This document shows, in pieces, positions 27,551 through 40,854 of a stretch of DNA of 64,000 bases. This DNA is from Lytechinus pictus. Lineage: Eukaryota. The stretch spans positions 8,744,001-8,808,000 of the forward strand of contig NC_087250.1 of assembly GCF_037042905.1 (NCBI RefSeq), read 5' to 3'. Made by a program: the position numbers and the translations under genes. Below the pieces are notes generated by a model, which saw nothing but the letters and a program-made list of their open reading frames with translations, was not told the DNA's origin and searched no databases. The number at the start of each line of letters is the position of its first letter. The first letter of the stretch is position 1.

Positions 27551-27668
27551 CTTCTGCCCTGGATGTTCGCCTTTGCCAAAAAGATCAGCAGAATTACTCC
27601 TAACGAAATTGCACAAGAGTCTGACTTCATCTAGCGAATAGTTGCCCCTACGTCTCTTTACTTCAGAC
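27551..27668 (-). mobile_element. Myb/SANT-like exon, probable Harbinger accessory gene
   Basis: ag|..KRRRGNYSLDEVRLLCNFVRSNSADLFGK..QK|gtatg; convergent with the Harbinger nuclease. Confidence 0.55.
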
Positions 27669-28613
27669 CTGATAAATGCAAAAAAAAGTCATCATCATTA
27701 ATATTTTGTAAAATCATTATTGCAACCCTGTTGAAATTACATTGTAAAAGCTACATTAAAGATCTCAGGTTTCATTTGCTTTAACCCTTATAATTTTTTT
27801 TTTAGCCTTATGTCTAGATCTAGATGATATTGATTATATCATCTTGAACGATGGCCTACTATTGTCATTAGACTCTAATCTTTCTTTTGATACTGCACAG
27901 ATTCCAAGAAAAAATGAAAAATATATGTTATCGATGATTTATTCCTTACTTTGAAAAAAACAACAACCGAAAATCAGGTTTCTGCCAAATGTTAGAACAA
28001 TTTTTATTGCTAATAACTAATGTACTTTATCTTTACTGTACGGGCCAACACTTCTTCAGTCTAACTTTACTTCAAGTTTAGTAAGTATTGGTGAGTACGG
28101 TTCATTACCATCTTGCCTGTGGGGAATCTACAGGTAAAACTATGGTATGCCAATGCTGTACACAGCACACAATATAAAAAATCATAAAATATCACTTTTG
28201 TGACCAAAAATACAAATTTCCATACAGTTTCAATTTACTTTCATTAGTAATTTGGGAGTAATTTTTGTATTCACCAGAGCGCTCGAAAACTTGAATTTTG
28301 TGCATATTTTTGTGTTCGCCCTCTATTGGTGGAAAGTAATATGGCAAGCGATTGTAGATTTTCAATCTCTATTTTTAATTAAGAAAAATTAATTTAAAGA
28401 ATCAAAGTTACTTAAGAGCCAAGTTATATGATGAATAGCTGTAATGGAACCCGAGTGTCAAAAATCAAGCATTTGTCCCAAAGAAAAAGAGAAAATAAGC
28501 CAAACATTGCCAACCTGATTTCACCACACAGGGTCAGGGCGGAGTAACAGAACAAGGACTATTAATTATATTAAAACCTTGTTCATAGAATGAGTGGGTG
28601 AGTGGAGCCAATG

Positions 28614-29174
28614 CCCGGAGGGGCCACTTCCATTGACGAGTGGATACCATGCGTGACCACGGGGTCTTGAAAAGCACCCTAAACACGTACTTTCCATGTT
28701 CTGAAAATGCACCCCTTAACAAGTATTGAAAACGAAATGATACTCTTGGCAAGTATTCCCTGAAATGAGCCCCTAAACAAGTACAGCGATATTTTTTATT
28801 GTTATGTCACGGGTCCGTCGGTCGTCGGTTTTACCTTTACACACCATTATTTTTGTTTAGTACGGCCCCACCTTCCACACCTCGTGCAAATCAGACTCTA
28901 AACCCGTAGTGTTTGGGGCAAACAGGAAATCCTTTATAAAACAATTTTATTTTGTTTTATCATTCCCGCCTATTGACCCTAAACACATATATTTTTGCGA
29001 GCGAAATAGATACCCTTTTTTCAATATTTTTGTGTTTTTGATACCCTTATCACGTTACATCCATAACATGCCCTATCTTTAGACTTTAAAAAGACATCCT
29101 TTTTACGTGTTTTTTGGTCGCGCATGGAATCCACTCGTCAATGTAAGTGACCCCCCCCCCCCCCCCCCCCCGGA
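28614..29174. mobile_element. MITE with terminal inverted repeats
   Basis: ccggaggggccacttccattgacgagtggat..catgcg / cgcatggaatccactcgtcaatgtaagtgacccc..cgg. Confidence 0.75.
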
Positions 29175-30336
29175 GCCAATGCTGTTCAGCTGAACAACCA
29201 AATGGCAAATACAAAGACTGATGCTTTTGGCCTGAGGCTTCATCATTATCCACGACCACATCACATCACACATCAATTTCAGTTTACAATCATTGACACA
29301 ATGACACAAAACTCAGACTCTAAGTCAAAAGGGTAAAGACAAGTCACACAACATCAACATGATTGCCAGTGAGTCAGTCATTGCTGCAAGTTTGCAACAA
29401 GCAAAGTCAAAGTCAAGTCAAAGACGAAAGAAAAAATAGCCCAGACTGAAGTCACACAACCTCCAACACATCACGACTGAATATTTAATAGTCAATAAAC
29501 TCTGGAGAAAAAGACAGAAAGGCAAGGCCCGCTCTCGACCTCTCACAAGTAGACTTTCGCTTTCGCTACTAATACTATATCTACCCCGAAGCGCGGGGGC
29601 AGTGACCACACAGCGTCCCGCAAGCAATGTATTAAGAACTATCACTGTTTGACATGGGCTAATTTCCAAAAAATACTTTGGCTATTAACTGGCTACTCAT
29701 TGTTGGCTTTGGGTTGGCTGGTCACATGACATCCGACATTGATGAAATTTTCGGGTGATTTTAAGAAAAAAAAACTGCTGTTTATTGCTTATAAAACAAT
29801 AGGCGACAGTGAAGGTCTATTGAGTTCTTGCAGTCCTTTATCGCCCTCTTCCTGTCAGGGGCTGCCACTCCATACATATCCACTGTTGTCCTGAGGACAT
29901 AGGTGAGGAGCCCCTGATCAATCTGTTGTACATTGATAACAAAAGTCATTGAATTTGAAAGTTTAGCAACATTTTTGTCAGGAATATTTGTTAGGCTTAT
30001 GTTATAAAATGAAATCATTATTATTTCATATTTTCATACACATGTGTATGATATGTCCAACGTATCATGAATCCAACATTGATGAAATTTTCGGGTGATT
30101 TTAAGAAAAAAAACCCTGTTTATTGTTTATAAAACAATAGGCGACAGTGAAGGTCTGTTGAGTTCTTGCAGTCCTTTATCGCCCTCTTCCTGTCAGGGGC
30201 TGCCACTCCATACTTATCCACTGTTGTCGTTAGGACATAGGTGAGGAGCCCCTGATCAATCTGTTGGACATTAATTCTCTTGCTTACTTTGCTCGTCTTG
30301 CGAGAACAATTGCTCTGTGCTAGAACCTCATTTGTA

Positions 30337-32050
30337 GTAGGAGTGGGCTATACATGGGTCAAAAATACTTTTTTTGTAATTTCAATATGACAACAGTTTT
30401 TTTTTATTCCTTGTAATGTATCTCAACATGAAATGACAATATTTTTTGTCTTGGGTCCGAGAAAAAAGTGTGCCGGGCCAAAATCCAAAATGGCCGCCAA
30501 AACCCCCCAAAATCACAGTTTTGGCAACAACTTTTTTATTTGATGGTCAATTTCTCTGGTTTTGGTGTCTATTCATATGTTTTGGGGGGCAGGCAATTTG
30601 TTTTTCCTATAATTAGTACTTTTAAACCATTATTTGTAGAGTTAAAAGGTAATTATACCTAAATTTCCCCATTTTTGTAGCCTTTTTTCAGCCAAAAAGT
30701 AGGTTTTATCATCCTGGGGTTCTGGGATATTAGATGGTATGAGGTCAACAATAGCAAGCAGCTTCATATAGCTATATTGCTTTTATTCCTCCACTTTGGG
30801 TTTTACGGATATTTGTGAAATATATCTTATTAAAGAAAAAAAATGTCAATTATCCATTGGGGCTTTACAGTATACATATGTACAATGTACTGTACATACA
30901 TACTGCACTGCATAAATGCATTGGCCACCATGACAGATAACAAGGCTTGTATAAACTATAGTGTGATAGAAATGAGCTCTCAGGTTTAGAATTAGATGCC
31001 TCAGAAATTGAAGATATGTTTTGTCTCAGAAATTGAGGACATGTTTTGTCAAATATGCTAATTCAGGGGGCGGAGAGAGGTAATTTACACTGTAGCTATT
31101 CTGGGCCCCGTGGCATAAAAAATTACCATTATGTTAACTTAACTTAATGGTAACTTGCATGCAATCCTTTATTCTGATAGGCTGTTGATCAGCGTTACCA
31201 TGATACTAGTAGTAACCTGACCCCATAAACATAGGCCAGTTAGACACCAGAACCAGCTTTTAAAAAGCCTCCAAATAAAGAAGATATGGCTAAAAATATG
31301 ATGTACCTATATATACATGTATGTGATATTTACATGTAAGTTTAATTTACGTTGCTGGTTTCACCATGTACATCAGCTGACAAGGAATCAAATTCACAAT
31401 CTAATTCTAAACCTTTGAAGCTCATTTCTATGACACTATACATATAGTTTATATACAGGCCTTGTCATATGCCATGGTGGTCAATGCGTGGATATATGCA
31501 GTGTAGTATGTACAGTGCATTGTACACCGTATATCTCCTATGGATAAATGACATTTTCTTTTATTTGATAAGATATATTTCACAAATATCCGTAAAACCC
31601 AAAGTGGAGGAATAAAAGTAATATAGCTATATGAAGCTGCTTGCTATTGTTGACCTCATACCATCTAATATCCCAGAACCCCAGGATGATAATACCCACT
31701 TTTTGGCTGAAAAAAAGGCTACAAAAATGGGAAAATTTAGGTATAATTACCTTTTAACTCTACAAATAATGGTTTAAAAGTACTAATTATAGGAAAAACA
31801 AATTGCCTGCCCCCAAAAACATATGAATAGACACCAAAAACAGAGAAAATGACCACCAAATGAAAAAGTTGTGGCAAAAACTGTGATTTTGGGGGATTTG
31901 GCGGCCATTTTGGATTTTGGCCCGGCACACTTTTTTCTCGGACCCGAGACAAAAAATATTGTCATTTCATGTTGAGATAAGGTAAAAGGAACACAAAAAA
32001 ACTGTTCCCACAGTAAAACCAAAAATCACCCATTTATAGCCCACTCCTAC
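30337..32050. mobile_element. Foldback element with ~650-bp inverted arms and 5-bp TSD
   Basis: TTGTA|GTAGGAGTGGGCTATA ... TATAGCCCACTCCTAC|TTGTA; empty site visible at ~25010-25025. Confidence 0.9.
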
Positions 32051-33489
32051 TTGTAGTTAATCTACAAACCAACTTCTTAGCGAAATTCTCCATAGAAGAG
32101 GAGTTAGCCTGGATAGACATCAGTGTTGATGATGATAGCGGGATAGTTGCCTCCTCGGATGCGCTAACATCCGATCCGGCTTCAGAGGCTGCTACAGGTT
32201 CGGCAATAGGTTTAATTACAGGTTCTGGGTCGGCTACAGGTATGTCTACGTGATTAGTTTTATTGAAGTTGATGTTCAATTTGTCAATTTTTCCTGGATA
32301 GACATCAGTGTTGAGGATGATAGCGGGATAGTTGCCTCCTCGGATGCGCTAACATCCGATCCGGCTTCAGAGGCTGCTACAGGTTCGGCAATAGGTTCAA
32401 TTACAGGTTCTGGTTAGGCTACAGGTATGTCTACGTGATTAGTTTTATTGAAGTTGATGTTCAATTTGTCAATATTGCCGTTTAACGTTTCTAATGCAAC
32501 TGCAATCCTACACAAACTGTCTGATATCGATGTACCATTACAGCTTTTGCCATTCTTTCTCTCCTCTCTTGCCCCTCACTCGCTTCATCAACCCACTCAC
32601 TCTTCCATCCATCCTCTCCCTCCTCTCCATCCTCTCTCTCATTCTCTTCCTCTCCCTCCTCTCTCATGATATGTAGAATCATTGAGAGAAAAATGTCACA
32701 TGCTACAAAGTACAAACAACACAAATTTTCAGCAATGTATCACCTTTCAAATCTTCACTCCACATGTTTTATGGTAGCACATCGATTACATTAATACTGT
32801 ATTAAAGAGAATGCATAATCACAATATTATCTTAAGCAAGAAATGTTCAAATCAATGTTTACTTTTAATCTGGCCTCAGCCTGGCCTTGGCCTATCCTTG
32901 TCATTGCCTTGGAACTATCCTTGGAATTACTCAGACCCTCGGCCTTGGCATCGTTCCTGATCGTGGACATGCTGGCCTTGACCTTGAGTGAGCCATACTT
33001 TGACACAAAACTGATAAATACATACCTCTCTCCCTGGAACATATTAAGCATGGCCAGAGGGAAGCCATTCCGGCAAACAGCCCCAAACACTCCCTCGATG
33101 TGAAGCATCTGCCTTTTTCTTGGTTCTAAGCAGAGTTCCTTCCTTGAACTGGCTACAGTTCTAAATATCAAAAGAGCAAAGAAAAAAGAGATCTATGAGG
33201 AAAATAGCTTTGGTGACAATCCATGCAATCTGCCACATACAACAAATGTGAACCAACAATTGCAAATATATTACATGTCATTGTCAGTAAACGAATGTCT
33301 GGAGCGAAATTAATTGAGAGCTCAATCTGTAATCTACCAAGCCCCTGCGACCAGCTCCCGCAACCACCTACAGTAAAGTGTTGATGGCCATAAAAAAAAA
33401 ATATGCACTTAATGTTCAGCGACACTGACTTTTGAATTCAGGAAATTTTCAATGCAATGTGATGCACATTTATAATTAGTTTTTAGATC

Positions 33490-34160
33490 TCATGAGAGTT
33501 CTTATTGCATCATTTGTGAGTGCATTAGTCAAGATATGCAGTTCACTCAAGGGCATAGTACATGAAGCACAAGGCTTGATATAGAGTGTGTTTGCAAAGC
33601 ACTGTATGGTCAACACTTTACATACATGTAAATTACCTTTGACGCTTGACCATGTTCTATCCTGTATCCATCCACAAAGTTCTTTACATATTCATCCTCT
33701 TGGAAAAATGTCTTACGGTGAGTAGTTCCACCAGCACTTGAACCAGCTCTCTTTCTCCTCACCAAACCAAAGCACCCATCAATGCAAACATTCACTTGAC
33801 CAGTGACATTTATATTTAGTTTTTAGAGTTCTTATTGCATAATTTTGCACATTATACAAATAATTCACAAGTGTGAGTGCATTAGTCAAGATATGCAGTA
33901 CACTCAAGGGCATAGTACATGAAGCACAAGGCTTATAGAGGGTATTTGCAAAGCACTGTATGGTCAACACTTTACATACATGTAAATTACCTTTGACGCT
34001 TGACCATGTTCTATCCTGTATCCATCCACAAAGTTCTTTACATATTCATCCTCTTGGAAAAATGTCTTATGGTGAGTAGTTCCACCGGCACTTGAACCAG
34101 CTTTCTTTCTCCTCACCAAACCAAAGCACCCATCAATGCAAACAATCACTCGACCAGTGA
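33490..34160. repeat. Tandem duplication (~355 bp) of the KDZ DG exon plus adjacent intron
   Basis: ORFs 33610-33795 and 33964-34203 are nearly identical. Confidence 0.9.
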
Positions 34161-35000
34161 CCTTAAAATTAGATAAAGGCAACATTTTGTCAGCAAATAA
34201 CATGGAAAACTAACTTTAATACGTGAATGAAGACATTTTACCTGCAATAAAATTGACAGAAATGTGATTTCATGTACCAATGCAAACAGAATTTGCATTG
34301 GATTTGCACATAACTCATTTATGAGCAACTTTGGGTCTGACATGCACTTACAAAATCCTATGTATTATTAATAATTGCTCATAGCTACTATTTATTAAGT
34401 AACTATTGAATTATGTCTAAAGATGGCGCTATGAAAAAAATAGCTGCTTGGTCTACGCTCATTTTGTCTTGGCTCGTCTCACATGGTCCAATCAAACTTT
34501 ATTTACTTACCATTTGGTATAATTGCCACTTGGCATATGCAAAATTTTATCTAATTCTCATTTCATGTAATGCCCAATTTGTTTAATATCCAATTGGTGT
34601 AACATCACTTGGTTTATTAATTATAGACTAATTATACATTCAGAATATGATTAAATACAATTAGACCTCTTGGTTATATTTTAGACTAATTGGCAATTAA
34701 ACAAACTGATAGCAGATCGAATGGGTAATGCAATTGCGAATAAGGTATTAAACGATCAGATAATACATGTAGACCATCTGCTACTAGACCAAGTGGATAT
34801 GAACCATGACTAGTATCCCCATGAAAAGAATATTTTGGTTAAATAATGTTACCTTTGGGCAAGCAGGGCAGGAAATGCTCCCTAGCAGATTTCAGATTAC
34901 GCGAGGACACAGAGCGATGCTGTAAAGTAGTCAACAGGACAAACAGTTAATAGGCCTAAGACATCATTCATAATGTTCACAGCAATACTTTAATCATAAC

Positions 35001-35276
35001 CAGGGGCAGATCCAGCTTTTTATAAAGGGGGGGGGGTTGGGGTGGTATGCGAGGGAGCGTAGCGACCGAGTCCAAGCGAGCGGAGCGAGCGAGGGGGGAG
35101 GGTGTGGGAGGGGGGTGTCCCACAGTAGGGAAAATTTTTGAAAAATAAATACATAGAAATAGAATAAAATAAAATTACAAGTTTAAAAAAAAAGATAAGA
35201 TTTAAAAAAATGGTCCCCGGATTTTTTTTTTGGGGGGGTTGCAACCCCCCCAACCCCCCCTCTAGATCCGCTTCTG
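35001..35276. mobile_element. MITE inserted in the 3' LTR
   Basis: ATAAC|caggggcagatcc..gatccgcttctg|ATAAC; absent from the 5' LTR. Confidence 0.8.
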
Positions 35277-36261
35277 ATAACATAATTAACTCTGACATGT
35301 TCGGTAAGGTAATCTCGTTCAAAACTATGGAACGCCAAGTGTGTACGTGCTACGACACTACAATCCTCCTATCTTGCGGATTGAACTCAACAGCACAAAT
35401 ATGTGATTTGCTCTTTACACAAGAGACATTTTTAACGTTGTGCAAGTACTGTTTGGTTAGCTTATTAACTTGTTAGCTACTGAGCCATTGCATGCAAGAC
35501 GCATATAAGTAAACCAGAATATAAACAAAAACAGAAATTGATTGTTTGATAAATCTGTATCACTTGACTATATGATAAGATGTGTCACTTGATGAGAATA
35601 ATGCTATCATTTGCATACAAGAAATTAATAATACATGTAGTGAGTTGTTTGTCATTGTTTCTCTTAATGATGCTACATGTATGTATTTGAAACTTCATAC
35701 TTTCATATACTGTGTGCTTCAATTTTACTTTAGAAACAAGCTGCGTGGATTGTGTGAACACAAAATAGTTTTGTATCAAACATACTAACTACAAATGTCA
35801 AAACAAACTTTGTTATTCATTTCAAACTAAGCTAACAACAAACTATCTGACCTGTTTTAAACTATACTACAAATCAAATTTTTTGCTTATTTAAATTTAA
35901 TGCAGAGAGACTTTTCTCTTAAAGTATACACCAAATAATGTCTTTTGACTCTTTTCCTTGACACTAAAGCAAATAACACTGTTAGCACATGACTAAATTC
36001 CAAAATAATCATAAAGAGACTTTCTTCTGTTAGTTTGTTCTACTCTGGTATCATGTTCATATACATATAGATATTACTTCCGTTAGCACAAAACACAATA
36101 TACCAACAATCTTATGTGAGCGTGTGTGTCTACTATTCAATTTCCAACTATTTCTGGCTATCTAGATACATGTTTCATCTTGCATATAATACAAATGATG
36201 CACATACATAATCTTTTTTTCTTTTTTTTTGCAACAAATAAGGCATACTGTATGCATATGT

Positions 36262-36395
36262 GGAGCGTTGTGGCCCAGTGGATTAGTCTCCGGACTTTGA
36301 AACAGAGGGTCGTGGGTTCGAATCCCAGCCATGGCGTAATTTACTTCAGCAAGAAATTTATCCACATTGTGCTGCACTCAACCCAGGTGAGGTGA
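36262..36395 (+). mobile_element. tRNA-derived SINE, 5' half
   Basis: A box tggcccagtgg, B box ggttcgaatcc, core gtgctgcactcaacccaggtg; ends abruptly at cccttgtaaaaaa. Confidence 0.85.
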
Positions 36396-36407
36396 CCCTT
36401 GTAAAAA

Positions 36408-37075
36408 AGTACTGCGGTAGTACTGCGGTACAAGTACCGCAGTACTACCGCAGTACAAGTACTGCGGTAGTACTCGTGGTAAATTGGTCGGTACTACTGC
36501 GGTAGTACCGCGGTAGTACCGCAGTACCTGTACTGCGGTAGTACCGCGGTACCTATACTGCGGTAGTACTGCAGTAGTACCGCAGTACAGGTACTGCGGT
36601 AGTACCGCAGTACCTGTACTGCGGTAGTACCGCGGTACCTATACTGCGGTAGTACCGCAGTAGTACTGCAGTAGTACCGCGGTACCTATACTGCGGTAGT
36701 ACCGCAGTACAGGTACTGCGGTAGTACCGCGGTACCTGTACTGCGGTAGTACCGCGGTACCTGTACTGCGGTAGTACCGCGGTACCTATACTGCGGTAGT
36801 ACCGCAGTAGTACTGCCGTAGTACCGCAGTACCTGTACTGCGGTAGTACCGCGGTACCTATACTGCGGTAGTACCGCAGTACAGGTACTGCGGTAGTACC
36901 GCGGTACCTGTACTGCGGTAGTACCGCGGTACCTGTACTGCGGTAGTACCGCGGTACCTATACTGCGGTACTACCGCAGTAGTACCGCTGTACCTGTAAA
37001 CCTGTACTGCGATAGTACTGCGATAGTACCGTGGTACCTGTACCATGGTACTACCCTGGTGCTACTGCGGTACTT
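36408..37075. repeat. GC-rich quasi-palindromic array (gtactgcggtagtaccgc), probable subterminal repeat of a CACTA/EnSpm-like end
   Basis: Directly follows CCCTTGTAAAAAA at 36396. Confidence 0.8.
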
Positions 37076-37171
37076 GCACACCTTTATGAAAACGATCACA
37101 ATTTCATTTAGCTTAATCACAGTAATAAGAAAATTACAAAAGTATTAATATTATAAAAAGTTTATTTTGAG

Positions 37172-37203
<32 letters not shown>

Positions 37204-38000
37204 GTTTTAACATCTGTAATCATGTACTTTCTTACTAACATGACTAAGTTTTGGCACACACAATGGCTAAATGGTTGGTTGAGGTAACGGGATTCCTGAA
37301 GTTTTAGCACACACAATGGCTGAATGGTTGGTTGAAGTAAAGGCAAGTTAAAGTTATATGCTTAATATTTTACATGATAAAAACTGTAGTGAAAATCATC
37401 TGTACTCGAGTTGCAACAAAAACAAAGATATCTAACATCTCTACTTTAGTACTTTTATAACAACTATGACTAACGAGTTTTAGGTTCACGCACAATGTTT
37501 GTGGTGAAGGCAAGTTGAGATTACGCTTCATATAAAAAGTCTATACAATTTCCAAGAACTGTTGAGTTGTAAAACACTGTCCACGTACTTGTATCAAAGT
37601 TGCAACAAAAACATAAATCTTCCAATCTTTGACAAGGTAAGTAAATAGAAGTAAAACATGATTATTTAAAACCATTAAAACTAAACACATGCATCATATA
37701 TGTAGAAATTGCAGCAGATAATCTATCAATAATATCTCAAAACTGTAGTTAAAAACATCTCTACTGAGTTGCAACAAAAACATGTAGATATCTAACATCT
37801 CTACTTTAGTACTTTTTTATAACTACTATGACTAACGAGTTTTAGGTTCGAGCACAATGTTTATGGTAAAGGCAAGTTGAGATTACGCTTCATATAAAGT
37901 CTATAAAATTTTCAAGAACTGTTGAGTTGTAAAACACGTACTTGTATCCAAGTTGGAACAAAAACATACATCAATCAAGTTCCTTCCAATCTTTGACAAG

Positions 38001-38450
38001 TAACACGAATAATACAGTCAATTCAATCTTTATTTCCAAATAAAGATTGAATTGAGCGGAGAATTAAACTGACCATAAATATATATTATAGGTAATAAAG
38101 AGCAAAGAAAATGGGGTTCCATCGGGATTCGAACCCGAGACCTCCGGATTGCTAGCCCGGTGCTCTACCGACTGAGCTATGGACGGCCCTAGTCGATAAT
38201 TCGTCCCATAAACCCCTTAACTTTCAATGCTCGTATGGTCAGAAGCTATAGAAACCTGACATAAACCCAAAGGATAGAATCAACTTTATAGGCCTATGCG
38301 AGGGATCACGGCGAAGTGATGCAGCTTTTTGAATATATAATTAACACGAATAATACAGTCAATTCAATCTTTATTTCCAAATAAAGATTGAATTGAGTGG
38401 AGAATTAAACTGAACATAAATATATATTATAGGTAATGAAGAGCAAAGAA
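38001..38450 (-). mobile_element. Short element with ~110-bp terminal direct repeats, central tRNA-like sequence and 13-bp TSD
   Basis: Repeats 38001-38111 and 38342-38452; TSD aatctttgacaag; empty site at ~37624. Confidence 0.8.
38113..38186 (-). pseudogene. tRNA-Ala(AGC)-like sequence
   Basis: D arm gctcagtcggtagagc, anticodon arm ccggg-ctAGCaa-tccgg, T arm tcgggttcgaatcccga; acceptor stem only partly paired. Confidence 0.65.
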
Positions 38451-39837
38451 AATCTTTGACAAGGTAAGTAAATAGAAGTAAAATATGATTATTTAAAATA
38501 ATGAATCATAAATAAATAAATGAATCATATATGTAGAAATTGTAGCAGATAATCTATCAATAATATCTCAAAACTGTAGTTAAAAACATCTGTACTGAGT
38601 TGCAACAAAAACATGAAGATATCTAACATCTCTACTTTAGTACTTTTTTATAACTACTACAGATAATCTATCAATAATATAACAATATTTGTTACAGCAC
38701 TTTATCAATGTGACCTTACACAACAAATAAGTAGGGTAAATATATTGTGTACACATATAGAAGACAATGCCTTTAAAATGTTACATGAGCATACTTTGTT
38801 ATTTGGCACAAGGCAAAGTTTTTAAAGGACGAGAGGAAATTTGCCACTTAAATAAATGGCGTCAAACGCATACACATTATCAAAGTTATTTTTCAGCACA
38901 CAATGAATACATTTCAGCAATATCTTTGGCAAATAGAGTACGGAACAATCAGGAACATGAAATAATTTGGTATATTCCCGTCATTCAAAATCATAACAAA
39001 AGCAATTTTAATTCCATTCGCTTTTGTTTAAAGACCAGATTAACAATACCAAATGTCTCAAATTTTAATGCATGTTTGAGGCAATTTAGGTTCCCCATAT
39101 AAATTTTGATGTCTTCCAAGAGACGTAGTTTCTTGTTAGTCTGATTTGATTCCATTCTTCAAGGTGAATTTGGGCTTTTATCCGTAGATCATATATAAAT
39201 GCCATTTTTTGCACAAAAAAATCTCAAATTGTTTCCTTATCAGATCAAAATTTACTCAACAAGAAAGTTCTTGACACTTATTTGTTTAGAAGGGTGCCAA
39301 CAAAGAACACTGATTGATGCGTGCGCACTGTCATTTGATATCCACATGCCAAAACATAAAATTTAATATATTAGTACCAGCTGGACGGAAAACACAATAC
39401 ATGCCTAGAATTGATGTGATGGCCCATGAAGAGCTTTTTATCAAAATAGCTTTAGAAACAGGTGAAATGTTAAAGATCATCAAGCGTTGGGATGCTACGC
39501 TACAGATCGCCATTTTGAACTAGGCTAGTTTGTGCGCAAGATGGCACTGTGTGTATGATAAACGATGCAGGAGCACCTTTAATATATCAGATAAGGATAA
39601 TTCTGGCCCCTATTAAAACATTATTATTATTTTTTTTAATGTTGGTCTGTAGCAAGCATTATAGCAATGTAGCAATGCCTGTGGTCTAAAACATATTCCA
39701 ATCAACCAAAAAAATACACAGGAGCGACGGGCGATTCAGAAGTGCCAGAAACGTACCAAACATGGCATACTCGGATAGGTCGCATCATGATGATCATACT
39801 AAATTATATTTGGAACAGAATATGCATGTGCTTGTTA

Positions 39838-39995
39838 AGTCCTCTGATGCTGGCAGTGTTCGGCAGGCCCATGTTACTGACCTCGTCACTGAATGGTGCG
39901 AAGAATGTGGCAGGTCGCGCAAATTTGCCTCCTCTGGACAGTGAACAGGGGATAATTAGTAAGTAACAAGACTTAGCTCATTATTAATTAATTAG
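39838..39995 (+). repeat. Inverted, diverged copy of BEN-gene exon 7 and its splice donor
   Basis: LMLAVFGRPMLLTSSLNGAKNVAGRA; reverse complement of ~41385-41527. Confidence 0.9.
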
Positions 39996-40854
39996 TCATC
40001 TTGACAAAGTGCTTCATTCGGTCTCATCTTGTGGTTCTTGGTTTAATTCTTTGGCTTGGTTTTCTTTGGCTTGGTTCTCTTTCGGTTGAGATCTACGTTT
40101 GGCCAACTTAATTTCGTTGCCAACTTTGTTCCGCATAACGATGCGGATTTCCGATGATGACACTCCTGGGAACTTTGACTTGACATGACCTGCAAAGGAA
40201 CACGTAAAAAAAAAAAAAAAAAAGATTATAGTCAAGGTAGGTAAATGAGAATCATAGCACGACTTGGGTGCCAATGGCCACTTGAAATTTTATTTGGCCA
40301 CTAGAAATAAGAAAGAAGCTCTGTATTAGCCACAAACTTGTTAGGTTCTACAACACACAAGTCTATGATCAAATATATTTAATGTGTTATGTTCACCTGT
40401 AAATAAAAAGCTAAGCACTAGCCCTGCATAGATTGGGCAGTGATATCTTTTTATAATAAGTAGGCTGATACGGGCTATTCCAGAGTCAAAGACATTACAA
40501 ATATGAACTAGATGGATCTTCGATTGCGAACTATAAAAAATCCTGCTTCCGCTATCGCACAATTTAAAGGATGTAACTTGTACTTTGAATACAAAGCTAT
40601 GAACAAGTTTATACACTACAAGTTTACAAACATTTGGCTCATCAAATGTTCAGCTATTTCATAAAATGTGTACCATCAGGATCCATTACATAATTTGCCC
40701 AAATATGTAATGTCCATGATGGCACACATTTTCCACTATAAACGAACAATGAATGAAGAAAATATTATCAAATCAAAATTGCTGGTAGCTTTGTAATCTG
40801 AGTAAAAATTACATAATGGACGGGTACATCTGTCAGAAGTGATCATGATATTGG

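Larger units (their letters stand above)
37370..38680. repeat. ~360-bp degenerate tandem repeat (two full units plus a partial one)
   Basis: aactgtagt..gagttgcaacaaaaac at ~37381, 37741 and 38571. Confidence 0.8.

Noticed and set aside
32680..32745. LYFVAC as the KDZ YDxxC motif
   Set aside because: Position fits, but the catalytic Asp is absent and no clear splice sites were found
36262..36335. tRNA gene
   Set aside because: It is the head of a SINE, continuing into the SINE core
38113..38186. Functional tRNA-Ala gene
   Set aside because: Acceptor stem is mispaired and the sequence lies inside a TSD-flanked insertion
38215..38330. Twister or hammerhead ribozyme call
   Set aside because: Partial resemblance only (ggtcagaagc..gaggg); no CUGAnGA/GAAA core and twister conserved positions are not satisfied by eye
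39570..39600. U2 snRNA fragment
   Set aside because: Only ~10 nt of similarity; more likely a Kolobok-type end (cacct|ttaa)
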